From contig SMSO01000034.1 of assembly GCA_004764695.1 (NCBI GenBank), forward strand, positions 2,728,001 through 2,792,000: a stretch of 64,000 nucleotides of DNA, in the 5' to 3' direction. The stretch's first letter is position 1; every line of letters begins with the position of its first letter. A program made the position numbers and the translations under genes. Positions 13,301-25,615 of this stretch are shown piece after piece. This DNA comes from Schizochytrium sp. TIO01. Lineage: Eukaryota > Protista > Bigyra: Labyrinthulomycetes. The notes under the pieces are model-generated. The model searched no databases. It saw only the letters and a list, made by a program, of their open reading frames with translations, and had not been told where the DNA came from.

Positions 13301-14536
13301 CATAGGTGACGCGGGGAAGTGCTTACTGATGTACTGAAGTATTTCGTATATAGCTGACTGTTTGCAAAATACCTAATAGAGAGTTGTGGTCACCGAATGC
13401 CGTGAAAGAGTCTGATTTTTTAACTTTTTATTTTTATTTTTTGTACTTACTTAAGACATTTTTATTCTTTTTAATATATACTCCTTATCATTTTTTTTAA
13501 AGTAGCCATCTTGTAGTGATGATAGTATCCCAGTATCTGATTATTTAGCATGCCTACTTCTAACTGCTTTAAGCATGAATGCTGGAAACCATCCTGCTCT
13601 TCTGAATGCCAGTGAGAATTATTCTTATAAAATAACGTCTTGTTGTTTACAAGTGTTGATATAGTACGTATGTGTTGTTAGTCGTCGAAGACTGACATTG
13701 GTTCGAACTTTTGTTACCTTTTCCCAGGCCTCAACCAATGGGTACGACAATGATGCGAAGTATACAAACAGCACGAAAATAATTGAGAGTTCTTAGAAGC
13801 AACCCTTCAATAATTCGAATCAATAGATCTTTCCAAATTAGCAACTTATTTCACCCTGCCAAAGAATAGTTGAAAGCTCTTTTCAGCGTCTCTGGTATGG
13901 TGTATTTTCTATCTTTTGCATCGAACCAAAGATTATTAAACATACCAGTACAAGTTATGATAGGTCGAAAATAGAAAATTCCTAATGAAGGAGCCAGTGG
14001 TTCCTCCTCCTTTGTTTCGTTTATATTGGTATTTCTTGTTTTATTGTATAGAAAAGTAATACATGTGCATCGCGAAATATCCCCTCCTACTCTATACAAC
14101 GGCTGTTGCCATTATTTAACTCTGGTAATAAAAAACATGAAAACACACTTATGTAACTTAAAGCCCATGATCCAATGGCAGTACGAACGCCTTGAACCCA
14201 TAATCTAGAATTGCGTGCCCTGGTATCTCGTGTGAAAGACAAGACCATATAATAAAAGTGAATATCGTGATTGCATAACGCAAACCAAGCTAGATTACGC
14301 TGACCTATTCACAGTTTACTTAGTAAGCCATGATCAAAGAGGAAATACTTTTTTAATCGAAAATTTGTCACGGTGAAGCATGTCCAGAGTAGCTTGTGAG
14401 ATATGCTCTTTTCTTAAAGCAAATAATCACAATTTACAAGCTCATGGAACTGCAAAGGCAAGGCACACACACAGAATGAAAACAGTCATTACAGTATATT
14501 TGAGCATTTATCAACTATCAACTACAGAAAGAGTAC

Positions 14537-15326
14537 TTATGAATCAGCATATATTTCGCGGTCAAGGAGTGCAGGGAAGAGGCTAGGATCTCGAGCAGGA
14601 TACTCGTCAAAACTTTCAAGGTCACTTTCTGCAAGCACATGGGCAATATCTGCAGGGGTTGATTTGCGCAGTACCCCTTTAGACTCCATAGCATCTGCAA
14701 GTTCAGCCTGGTGGTTGTCCATCAAAGACTCATTAATTACAACAACAAGTGGTTTTTTCATACGCAAAGATTCCATGATGCAACCAGCGCCAGCATGACT
14801 GATAATCAACGCAGCATTACGCATGTCTTGATCCAATGTTGGTTTGAAGCGGTAGTATCTACACACAAAGGTTGAAGAAGTATTCTTAGATGCACCACCC
14901 GATACATTCTGGGGGAGATCCTCGGGCTCATCTAAGTTAATTGCGTCAATATTCTTTGGTATATAGCCTCCACGACCAATCTAAACGAAACGAACATTTA
15001 ATAAACATGTTAGTCTTAAAATGAACTTTTGATGGTAGATTTAAAGCAAGAGGGGCTTTTCTCAAAAGACACACAGTTGAAAAAGGCTCTGTTGTTGCAA
15101 CCATGTGCACTAGAACCAAGTCATCGTGGTTGTTTTTTCTCATTTGTCAAAGTTGATGCCAACTACGTACCTGAAGGGTCAATGAAGTATAACCTCTTTT
15201 CCTCAATGACTCTACAACTCTTTGAGAATCCAGGGCTTCGATGAGAGCGTCAAAGCTGGTTGTGCCAACTGTAACAAAGACCGCTGCTTCTTTGGTGGCG
15301 CTGCTGCCGTTTCTTGGCGAGGTCAT
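14537..15326 (-). CDS. ALG13: UDP-GlcNAc transferase catalytic subunit ALG13 (GT28 C-terminal family), 2 exons: 15326-15171 and 14980-14537, about 199 aa
   Basis: Motifs VFVTVGTTSFDALI, LIISHAGAGCIMESL and VVINESLMDNHQAELA. The intron at 15170-14981 (CAG|GTACGT ... TTTCGTTTAG|) joins LTLQ to IGRG, restoring the conserved LQIGRG and staying in frame to the stop. Confidence 0.95.
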
Positions 15327-16498
15327 ACTAGATTCACTCTCTTCACAAGGCTTTTTTGTCTCTCGCGATTCTCTCTTACTCCGCCAGTAAAAGCAAGAAT
15401 CTCCTGCAGAAAATACTGTGGCTGAGGTTCTTGTCAAGAAGTCTGCTCAGTTAGCGAAGGGAGGTTCTGCGTTTGCTGGCGACGATGACGATAATGTATA
15501 CTCACTCTCCTTCTTACCTTGCTCCTCTTTTCACAATTGTAGGTAGTTGGTCTTAGTACCTACCAGTAGAAGGCTCTTAGTACGAATTGTTTACTTTGTT
15601 TTGCTTAGGCCTAGGTACGCCTACTTTTAAATCTACACATTTTTAAACACGCGAATCTTTGCCCTTCCTACAGATGGAGGAGTACCGTATCGACAAACAG
15701 AGTGGCACCCCACACTTGCTATAACTTTTCTTCATTTGTCGTCTAGACAGTCGTTGCTGGTTTGTGATTTTAGTGAGATTTTGGTACTCAACACAGCAAT
15801 TAATCATTCTGCTGACTGGTGGAAAACTTCTCCACTCTCAGTGCACATGTGATTACATGTGATCAACTCAAGCTGGCAGAAATTGGAAAAGAGTCTGCTT
15901 GTACTATAGTCAGTTTACATAAATTGAAAACAAACTTTTTACATGAGTCAACTTGGAATTCTGATGTAGGCCTGTAACCTTGGAATTCCTAGTCCTCAAT
16001 AAATTAAAATAAATGAGGTCACTATAAGAGCATGTCAGAGCACCAAAAGTACGTCGATGGTCCAGATTTGAAGCAGGATCTAATACCCATGAAATAAAAG
16101 AAAGGTCCTAGCTTATCGCCAACAAATTATACGAAAAAATTGTAGATCGACTCTAGAGGCAGAAACGTATCATCTTATACGATACATTAGTATTCGTATT
16201 ATCCAAGCAGAAATGGTGTTACCTTGTAGCCTTACAGTAGTAAAAGGCCAAAATGATCTCCCCTATCGTGGAAAGACGGTCTAACCAAAAAAAGAAATGC
16301 GAAAAAGATGGAGGCAAGAGAACACACTACAACTGAGAAATTGGCTGATTCATCAATCTATCCATTTCTATATCTATCCCTATTACTCGACTTATTAATA
16401 TCAATCACTCGAATAGGATAATAATATATAAGGCCGACGAAACTAAACAGCCCATTCTAGCAAATCGCGATTGGCGGAGCATTGGGGGAAGCAGCAAT

Positions 16499-18536
16499 AT
16501 GGCCTGGCCATGGCGACGCAGGTTCCAGACCACATATGGTCAACACAGGTGCGTACCATGTTGCAAGCGAAGCAACTCGTTTAGTAGAAGTAGGCGCAGG
16601 AGAGAATAACCAACTTGCAGGATCTGTCTCGTCGCCCACTTTAAAACCGTGCGAATGGACTGCTCTACTATATGCTCAAAATCCTGGCCTGACCAGTGAT
16701 TGCTGAAAGAAGAGGCATGGAAAGTCTACCTTTGAATAACAGCAGTAACTACATAAGGCATGCAGCAAAGGCTTGGTCAAAGTGGTCTTTTAGGATATGC
16801 TTCGTTTTTGGAAAAAGGACTCAAAACAACTCTATCGCAAAACTAACATGGTCTTTCTCATCAATTTTCAAATGGACAAAATTCATAGACCTTGTTGTGG
16901 TGGGGCGTGTCTTGTTGCATATACAGGCTGGGACAACCTGACCCCAGTTACCCTTTGTATGGTAAGTCCTTCCCTTCATAACGCAATCAATAATAAGATA
17001 TGCCAACGACTTACTCACTTCCTTCACATGAACATTCAAACCACGTTTATTATGATTGCACGTCTGTTACATCCTCTCATGTCTTATAGCTTCTAATTCC
17101 CTCAGCACTTTGGTTCTTTTTCTATGGGAAGGATGTCTCGTAAGTTTAATGCAAGAATTCTTTCTTCGCCCAAGTACAACAAAAAAAAAAACGATGATCG
17201 AGGTCTTTATTCATCTGTGCTAACGCTGTTTTTCACGTGTTTATCCTATTTAGAGAGAAAATTTGCCCAATCTTGCCCGTTCTTCTTGTGATCATTGTTA
17301 GCTTAACCCTTATCCTGCTTCTCCTTATCATGTTTACCGAACCTGGTATTCTTCCAACTGTTACTTTCGAAGAGTACAACGAAGAAGATCCAAATGTCCC
17401 CGTTCGAATTATATCTGTAAGTCTAGCTCACACTCAATGCGCGTCCTGACTGCCATGCAGAAAAATTGAAAGAAAAGTTGCTCTTTTATCTTTAGAACAA
17501 GCCACCGACTGACGATTCACTCTATCAAACCACGTTACTCTCGGCCACAGAGGATTGTTCTGGACGGAAGGGAGTACGAACTTAAAGAGTTCCGCGCTCG
17601 ATTTTCTCGCTACACAGGGAACTGTATTGAATCTTTCGACCACTTTTGTGGGTGGACAGGCGCTGCTATCGGAAAGCGGAACTATCGCTATTTTGTTATA
17701 TTCTTGGGATTATGCTTATTCCTTGCTATAGGTTTGGCTGGATCGTGTACAGCCCTTATTGTTATAAAGGCGGATGAGCAAAACATAGCCTTATGGAAAG
17801 CTATCAAGAACTCTCTTGGGGAAACACTTCTAGCCATCTACGGGTATGTGATGCTGTTGTCATTGATTGGGTTGTTGTAAGTTGTCTGAATCGTGGGACA
17901 GCACGAAAATCTCTTATCAAATTCTGAAGCTAACTTGAAGCTTTGGTTCTTGTGTATTCCTCTTTTTTGTGCTGCACAGTGGCTTTCATCTACGAGCAAT
18001 TGCTACAAACCAGACCACAAATGAAATCCTGAAAGCAACCTATGGTAGAGGTGTAAACCCATACGATCAAGTAAGTGATGATAGGAAATGTAGAGAGTAT
18101 AGCCCTGTAGAATCACCTTTCTCTTCTTAAGAAGATTAAGTAGGCCTCTATGAACCACTTGCTGCATGTAGGAGTACGTATATGTTGGTTCCGTTTTGAG
18201 TATGGAAACTAACTAGAAGTGGCGGGGGGGTATGATTGCCAATGTTGCAAAATGCTTTTGCTTCAATATTGTAAGGGTTGCTTTAAGAACTATTGGACTT
18301 TCCTGTGTGCTCCTATCGCTAGGAGCCGTGTAGCAGAATGCGATGTAGAATCACCCCTCCTAGCAGACAGGGACAGACTTGGCAATGGCTTTAGTAATAT
18401 TGCTGGTCAGCATCATGTAATCCAAGTTCAAGCGGACTCCCGAGATGGACACAACTTCCGTCAGCAGCAACAGCAGCAGCAGCAAAGCCAGCTACAACAC
18501 CAAAATTCCCAAGGATCGGCGCTATTGAATGTGTAA
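16499..18536 (+). CDS. DHHC-family protein S-acyltransferase (ERF2/ZDHHC9-like topology), variant DHFC motif; 7 exons, about 337 aa
   Basis: Exons assembled by hand: 16499-16548, 16889-16961, 17090-17139, 17254-17416, 17551-17876, 17980-18070, 18276-18536. All introns are GT-AG and phase-consistent (total 1014 nt). The product has GQHRPCCGG, two TM helices, [32 protein letters not shown], two more TMs, NQTTNE (TTxE) and NPYDQGCFKNY (PaCCT-like). Exon 1 is the least certain. Confidence 0.88.
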
Positions 18537-19648
18537 AGAATATGAAGCGATTCGAAGTGGAATGGCAATCTGATTGTGATTATGTAAAACAGCAAAGAAA
18601 TCGTTGAATAGACTCTTCGCAATGATAGTTTGAGGCACCAGGTAATTGAGAGTAAAGTTATGATTTGGTGACGCGTGCAATGTGCCGGAGAGATACTTGA
18701 CTTTCGCGATTGGATCGACTATGTTTCTGACTTAATTCCCGCCACGAACCGTCCTTGCGAGCCTCTAAGAATAGAGGAAGGAGATTTTTGTTTCACCTCC
18801 ACATCAAAATCCTCGGTTCGATGAACGTCTGAATCTAATTGCCCAAATTTCAGGTAACCCCGCGTTTCTTTGACATCCATCTTCCCAAGGATATATCAGA
18901 CTGGCAGGCAGCCTTGCAAGAACTTGCCACCTTGCAAAGGAAAAGTAGGTTAATCATACACACGGCGAACCCCTATATCTTTCAATTTCCTTCTTTCTTG
19001 TTGCTAACATATACATAAACCCCTCACTTTTCTCTACTACAATGCTGATTTCTACTTTGCCTGTGAGTTACAAGGCTATCCGTTTACATGGGGGTATAGA
19101 AGCATCAACATAGCTTTCCTTCACAGGGGCTGCTCTCTTCACATCAGTTTCAGAAACTCGATAAAGTCGTTTTGTGCCCCCCTCCTTTTCAATCACTAAT
19201 AGTACCTATGCACCTACTATACTAATTGCACCTAATTACCTTTAGGGATTTTTTTGATTATAACAATAAGAACCCACACAGGATGAAAATCGATAGAGTT
19301 AGGAATACTTGAGCAGGTTCATGAATGATCACCATATTCACAGACACTAAATATGAACCAGGCAAATTTCCTTCACACACGTTCGATCCAAAAATCTCGA
19401 AAGCGCCACGCCTCCAGTGGAATCGTGATTCCAGAGTAACCTACCCTGGTGGAGCTTTCGAATCTTAATCTGAAGAGGAGAGTGGAGCGGACCGAAGCAG
19501 AAACACATTCGATTCGGGGCGTGTCTGGGAATTCTCTAGCACCCCAAAGGAGTTTCCTAGACCGTCCAGGCCCAGCAACTTGTGTTCGTCTATTGGCAAG
19601 GGAAGTGAGGACGCCTTGAACGCTCATTGAGTAAAGAAGTTACCAATC

Positions 19649-20596
19649 ATGGGTCGTGATCTCTATGCCATTCTAGGTGTTGCTCGCGATGCTACTGAGG
19701 CACAATTGAAAAAGGCTTATCGCAAAATGGCTATGAAACACCATCCAGATAAGAACCCGAACAACCGAGAGGAGGCCGAGGCAATGTTTAAGGAGATTGC
19801 GGAGGCTTACGATATTCTGAACGACCCAGAAAGGAGACAAATTTACGACAGTTTTGGCGAAGAAGGCTTAAATGGCGAAATGGGCCCTGAAAATGATGGC
19901 ACCGCATTTGCGAGTGTTGACCCACACCAGCTCTTTGCACAGTTTTTCCAGGGCTTCGGTGCTGGAGGGACATTCGGAGGACAATTTCGAGGTGGGGATC
20001 CATTCGGAGAGTTTCTTGGAGGCAACGTTTTTCGGCAAGGTCCAAATGTAGCATTCGGTGTCAGAATGTTACCCCGAGTTGTCAAAGCAGAACTTCATTG
20101 CACTTTGGAAGAGCTCTACACTGGAACGAAGAAAAGAATGAAAATCAGGCGTGCGAACATTCAAAGCACACGTCCCGAATCAGAAATCTTAGAAATAGAT
20201 GTGAAACCAGGCTGGAAAGCGAACACAAGAATTACATTTCAAGGTGCTGGGGATGAGATCAGACCAGGAGAATTTCAAGATGTTATGTTTATTCTTGCCG
20301 AACGACCACATCCACGATTTATTCGTCAAGGCTCGGATCTTATTTATAGACAAACAATCTCTCTTAAGGAGGCCTTGGTTGGCGTTGACCTCAATATTAA
20401 GCACCTCGATGGGCAAATGATATCGCTTCGCATCGAAGATATTATACAACCAAACTCCTCGCATCGCATTGCAGGCAAAGGCATGCCATCATCACGCCGC
20501 AAAGGCTACATTGGAGACCTTATCGTAGCGTTTGACGTAGAATTCCCCAAAACTTTAAGTCCAGAGCAGAAACAAACTTTGCAGTCTACCTTGTAG
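19649..20596 (+). CDS. Class B DnaJ/Hsp40 co-chaperone (Sis1/DNAJB-like)
   Basis: N-terminal J domain (DLYAILGV...LKKAYRKMAMKHHPDKN), G/F-rich linker, two C-terminal substrate-binding domains (LEELYTG, IDVKPGWK, ISLKEAL, GKGMP...GDL), and no CxxCxGxG zinc finger. Confidence 0.95.
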   Translation: MGRDLYAILGVARDATEAQLKKAYRKMAMKHHPDKNPNNREEAEAMFKEIAEAYDILNDPERRQIYDSFGEEGLNGEMGPENDGTAFASVDPHQLFAQFFQGFGAGGTFGGQFRGGDPFGEFLGGNVFRQGPNVAFGVRMLPRVVKAELHCTLEELYTGTKKRMKIRRANIQSTRPESEILEIDVKPGWKANTRITFQGAGDEIRPGEFQDVMFILAERPHPRFIRQGSDLIYRQTISLKEALVGVDLNIKHLDGQMISLRIEDIIQPNSSHRIAGKGMPSSRRKGYIGDLIVAFDVEFPKTLSPEQKQTLQSTL

Positions 20597-20993
20597 ACTA
20601 TGATTTGTACATTTATTATCTATATCAATGCAAATTGTGATGCACATTTACCTGATTTTTTTTATTTCTGCGTTGGCCATCCTTTCAACCGCACTCACAA
20701 GCAAGGAGATGTAAACTTGTTGCAGTGTGCAGTGTATACCTGCATTGGAGCTTCCTAACCTTAGTTCATAGGGAAGTAAAACGGCTCATAATGACCTCTC
20801 AATTCACTGAATTTTAAATCCACTTGATACAACCATAGTTTATAGTGTGCTCCAAATCTTGTTCTAGAAGGAGAGGAATGGATGGCACTAAATGGAACAT
20901 TCTAGGTGAGAAGAAATGAAAAATACTGTGCACAATATCAGGAAACCATAGGGACACATCATTTAAAACATGTATGCTTATAACCTGAGGTTT

Positions 20994-21587
20994 TCATGAT
21001 CCTTTAGCAAGCCAAGAAGTTATTTCACCATGGTTGCGAGGCTCCTCTTCATCTTCTCCTTCATGTTTTATAAAGGGAAAGCGGACCTCACTTGGACGAA
21101 ATGAAGATACAACGAAGTTCCGTACGTCACTAGATACGCTGCCCTCCTTTACATATCGAGAGAACTCTGCACTCATACTCTCCATGGACCATCGCTGCAA
21201 CACGCGAAGGCACATGACCATTGTCCCAGTCGCCAGTCCGCCGTCAGTACAGTGGATATATGCTGGCAAATTCCTTCTGTCTGCAAGGAATGAAAGGATT
21301 CTTGTGACGGATGCAACTGATGGAATTTTACTCTCCTCGCCCAGAGTCACAACCACTAGACGAATTCGCTCGTGCTTGCAAAACTCCACAAGATCCACTG
21401 TCATGCCAGAAAGTCCCCCTTTCACAATACTCACAACAGTTGCAAGTCCTAATCCTGCAAGGAAAGGGAAATTACGAAGGGAGGGGAAGGCCCCTCGATA
21501 TACGCATTCGTCTTCCTCGTTATCATCGCCGCAGTTGACAACAGCAAACCGAAATGGGGGAACGAGAGTGACTCGCTCACTTGCCAT
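20994..21587 (-). CDS. Siw14/Oca-family (PFA-DSP) phosphatase-like protein, Oca6-like probable pseudophosphatase
   Basis: LVPPFRFAVV, VYRGAFPSLRNFPFL and PAYIHCTDGGLATG...CLRVLQRWS...EFSRY match the family signature. The P-loop lacks the CX5R arginine. Confidence 0.85.
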   Translation of the reverse strand: MASERVTLVPPFRFAVVNCGDDNEEDECVYRGAFPSLRNFPFLAGLGLATVVSIVKGGLSGMTVDLVEFCKHERIRLVVVTLGEESKIPSVASVTRILSFLADRRNLPAYIHCTDGGLATGTMVMCLRVLQRWSMESMSAEFSRYVKEGSVSSDVRNFVVSSFRPSEVRFPFIKHEGEDEEEPRNHGEITSWLAKGS

Positions 21588-22775
21588 CTTGATTCGCTAT
21601 CCGAAAATTATCTATCTGTCGATCAAACACGTTTGTTCGGTAAAGCAGCAGCCCTTTCTCTAAGTAGACAAGGGGCTGGGCAGATCACCTATCAGTTGCA
21701 CCGCACGCGCAGCCCCTTTGAGAAGGTTGGTGGTCTGGTCTAGTGAACGACTTATCAATGCTGTTGTCGCCGCTGATGCTCTATTTTTTTATCTGTGTTG
21801 AAATTGGCTTATCGCAATCTCATTACTTTAACTAACTAATTAGTAGTCCTAGTTGCACGAGTGCAAAAATTGTTATATCTACATTTCGAGTCCTTCGCCC
21901 TCTAGGTCGTGAGATTTTCCAAATACTGCCAGGGTACTATATCTTTCCAATGTCTTACGCCTTTTGACACTCTCGAGTAATGTAGCTCCTCCAAGCCCAC
22001 ACAATATAGAGAACAAACATTAACTCAGGCCATGTGCATAAAGCGAATTACAGAGCTACATGTATACCTTTCCTGTGTATGTTCGCATATCAATGGATGC
22101 TTAGAGTTATTATTGGCGCTTGCTACGTGCTTGCCCATGCACCACCTATTTGCACATTGGAAATAGATAGCGTCTTTCTTCGCTATTGGAGGCAATCTTC
22201 GTCAATAATAATGTTTGTTTGGTTTCTCTCTCATCAACACATAACACTATGTACTACCAGTAGTACTTTATTAAGCATTGGTAGGTACATATCCGTTTTG
22301 CCATCACAAATGAAAATAACTCATTGTTATACTTTACTTCGGTCAACTCTTCTATTATTATATCTACAAAATAAAACCTAGCAAAAATAGGGAATTAATA
22401 TACCTTAGCATACCAAGGCTATCACGGAATCGGGAAGAAATAAGTATCAATAACTCATTTCAGTTGCTGCTCCTGCAGCTCCTGCTGCTGCTGGTGTTTC
22501 TCCTGCTGAAGTGGCTCGTCGCGATACTTGTTTGTCAGGTGACAGAGCTTGGTTCCTATTCCCAGAGTACTTTTATATAACATCCCAGAGGCTTCTAAAG
22601 TTTTATTTCATTCAGCAAAAGCCGCAAGGAGGCTCTTAGCCCCATCTCGCGCTAAAACCAAAAGCAGAAGCTATACTACGATTGTAAGATTTGATTTCAC
22701 GTTGAGAGGAAGCCACCGTGCAGATACACAAAACAAACGAACCAAATTTTTCAGGAGACAAGATTACCAACCAAC

Positions 22776-23805
22776 ATGGATCATTTGAACCGAGATGGTG
22801 CTACAATTCGTGATAACAACAATGGTCCCTTTAACCAGATTGATATTCTTGAAAAGGAACTCCGGTCCTCAAAATCCAACGAACGCGTAGACGGGCTCAG
22901 AAAAATTGAAGCAAAGCTTGCATCAACTAAAAGGTTTGCAAAAGATCTCATCGAGAGTTCTCTTCTTGGCTTGGTTATTCGATTATTAGTTTCGGGAAGA
23001 TCTGATGAATACCTTATTTGCAGGTCAATTTTAGTCCACGCCAAATCCACACCGCCTCTTCTTGACGCGATTATGAATGCCTATTATCACGACCTTTTAG
23101 ATGCAATCTATTCTCATCCGAAAGATACCACTTTGCTGCAGATAATCGTTGCAGTAAGCACAAGTCCGCGATGGGTTCCCAAACTAAAACAAAGTTCAAC
23201 ACTGGTGGAGTTTCCTTACGAAGCAGAGTCATTTTGTCATTTTACAACGTATTCCCGAAGAAGCAATACGTCTCGGTGCTGTGGCAGCAGCATTGCAATT
23301 CTTACTCGACAGAACTCAACACAAAAAAGATGGAAATGTTGCTGCTCTGCGTTTCCTTCTAGAAGCAACCTATTTTCCTGTAGGCAGAGAACAAGCATTT
23401 CAGGGAGGCTGCCTTGATCTTGCAAGTGACATCATACTGGACGAAGACGCTCCTTCTCAAGCTTTACGTGCACCTGCCATGGGAATCCTATGCAACCTGC
23501 TACAAGGCCCAGACCACAAAGCAAAGCACAGAGCCATAGATAAAAACCTATGTGCTTGCCTTGTTTCAACTTTGAAATCTTTCAAGCATGACCTGATAGA
23601 CCCTATGGTGCAACTTCCCAAAGAGGAAATAGACCTATGCCTTTTCACGCTCGGCACAATTGCTGTGGCTGCATCTGCTCCTTCAGCTCGCGACCAGCTG
23701 CAAAGCTTGATCGTTTCCCTTCAAGAAATCAGTAAGTGTTCTCCCTCAGCATTAATTCAACGTGAAGCAAAGGTTGCCCTTGAGGAAATACAGTGGTCAC
23801 CTTAA
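22776..23805 (+). CDS. Armadillo/HEAT-repeat protein, possibly a divergent radial spoke head 14 (RSPH14/RTDR1) homolog; 2 exons 22776-23153 and 23227-23805, about 318 aa
   Basis: ORFs 22776 and 23281 are in different frames and are joined by a 73-nt phase-0 intron (GCA|GTAAGC ... AAGCAG|). The product is helical and ARM-like throughout. The N-terminal LEKELRS...ERVDGLRKI and the C-terminal AKVALEEIQWSP resemble RSPH14 termini as I recall them. The gene itself is likely; the family call is tentative. Confidence 0.6.
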
Positions 23806-25615
23806 TCCATCTTAGTTTCGTGTCCTGTTTTTAATTACAACAATAGGTAAAGATCATATCAGCTTCTCAGTAACCATGTACTTACCTACTACACGACGCA
23901 CAAAATATTACGAATGCGTCCTATTTTAATAGCTTGAATAATCTCAGCACAAAATTTATAGAACCCCAAGTTTCAGTATTTAGAGATTGACTGATTTATG
24001 AGTGAAACCGTATAGATATTTACATCCAGAAAACTTGCAGCTTGTATGTCGAATATTAAATAGATCTGCAATATCCGTTGGTCGATTGCAAGCCCCAGTT
24101 ATAGATTAGATTAGACTAAATTGAAGAAATGTTGATAGCGAATTGTGTGTGTATCAAAATCTGAAAACCCATCTTTGTTTGTTTATATAATATACAAACT
24201 TTGAATAATGAATGGTGCAGTATGTATAATTGATAGAAGCCTCTCAAGTTTTCTTAGTTTACGACCGCCCTTAAAAGTTAATCATTTGTCATTCCTGGCC
24301 GGTTGAAAAGTCGATCCGTGAGGAAAATAAGTAAGTAATTGTAGTCTGGCATGATTATTTATTTAGGCTTAGGTAATCAGCTAGAGGAGACCAGCAAGAC
24401 TAAAAGGAGAAAATAAGTTGATAGATAACGAACTTATTAGATTATTTATAATATAAATCAAAGTGAAAATAAGTTAATATTTTTGTTGCCGGCCTGAAGA
24501 CCTAGATGTGACATGTCATGCATGAGACTTTAGTATCATTAATATTATATAATAAATAAATTCTGTGAGTAGACTTGTCTCTTCAGTATTCGATAAGCAA
24601 TACCCCTAAAAGAGAGACTTGATGAGCAAAGCGGCAAAGTCTTTCTTTTTTTTGCTCCTTGTGGAAAGAATGAAAATCCCCTCGCCCCCAGCCCTTCCTT
24701 CCCTTTATTGTTATACTTTTTGAACGAAGCCCTACAAGTACCATTGTTAAACTAAAAATTGACATATAACACATATTTTACAAAATTATTCTTTAAAAAA
24801 TAATAATATATAAAATTTCAAATTTTTCTAAATTTTTCATCCTTAAAAAATAATAAATTAGATTGATTTCATATATTTTATATATTTTGTCTTATTTTGT
24901 AATATAAATTGATTTTTAAATGTATATTCAGAGGGACTCAATTAAGGGTAAACTGAAGATGGTCGTTCGTACCTGCTAACTTTTATTGCCAATGTGAATT
25001 GATTGGCAACATTTAAAATAACTTTACATGGGAGTTTTTTTTAGAAGAACCGTCACTCGCTTGAATGAAACCAGAAAGAAATTCAAGGTAGAGATTATCT
25101 AAGATAGATAGGTAAAGATCTTGTGTGTTCCTTGCCTTGCCCAAGGCATCTCAGACTGTATTGAAATAATAGCTGCCTAAAGCATTGATTGAGTGCGAAG
25201 TCAGGCTGACTTCTCTCTCCTTCATCCTCAAGTTAAAGAATTAGTCTAATTTCATTGAAGATAAGTTTAAAACTTTCCCAAGTTGGACTAAATACATTTT
25301 TAACATAAAATAGAAATTCTTATCATCTCAATATATCAATGCTCGTAAAGTGAATATAGAACCTTGCTTATCATCGAGCCAAGGTCAAGCTCAATTTAGG
25401 AAATCAAACCTTGTGAATTAATAAATAAGCATATATGACCTCTCTTAAAAGCTAATATTTCAAACCCTTTCCAAAATAGATCCCCGGAAATTGCGAATGC
25501 AGGATTTATAATATTGAGCGCTTCCAACTTTAAAGCATAAAATAAACACAAACAACAAAATTTAATCTTTTACACTAGAAGTCTTGTCTCTCTCTATTTC
25601 GGTTTGCCTAAACCT

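Noticed and set aside
16717-16888. Alternative DHHC first exon ([14 protein letters not shown]) using a GC-AG intron at 16758-16888, or a start at ATG 16872
   Set aside because: The canonical AG|GTGCGT donor at 16549 gives a phase-correct exon 1 with a better family-like N-terminus (YGQHRPCCGG). The GC donor is weak.
19380-19570. Possible heat-shock elements or tRNA-like GTTCGA upstream of the DnaJ gene
   Set aside because: No complete nGAAnnTTCnnGAAn array and no cloverleaf or A-box/B-box spacing.
21034-21663. 209-aa plus-strand ORF
   Set aside because: Antisense shadow of the Oca6-like gene, with a non-ATG start and no motifs.
22455-22583. CAG/CTG-rich stretch readable as QQQQELQEQQ (minus) or AAPAAPAAAG (plus)
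   Set aside because: The open frames are under about 60 codons with no supportable exon chain. It is more likely a trinucleotide-rich UTR/promoter segment.
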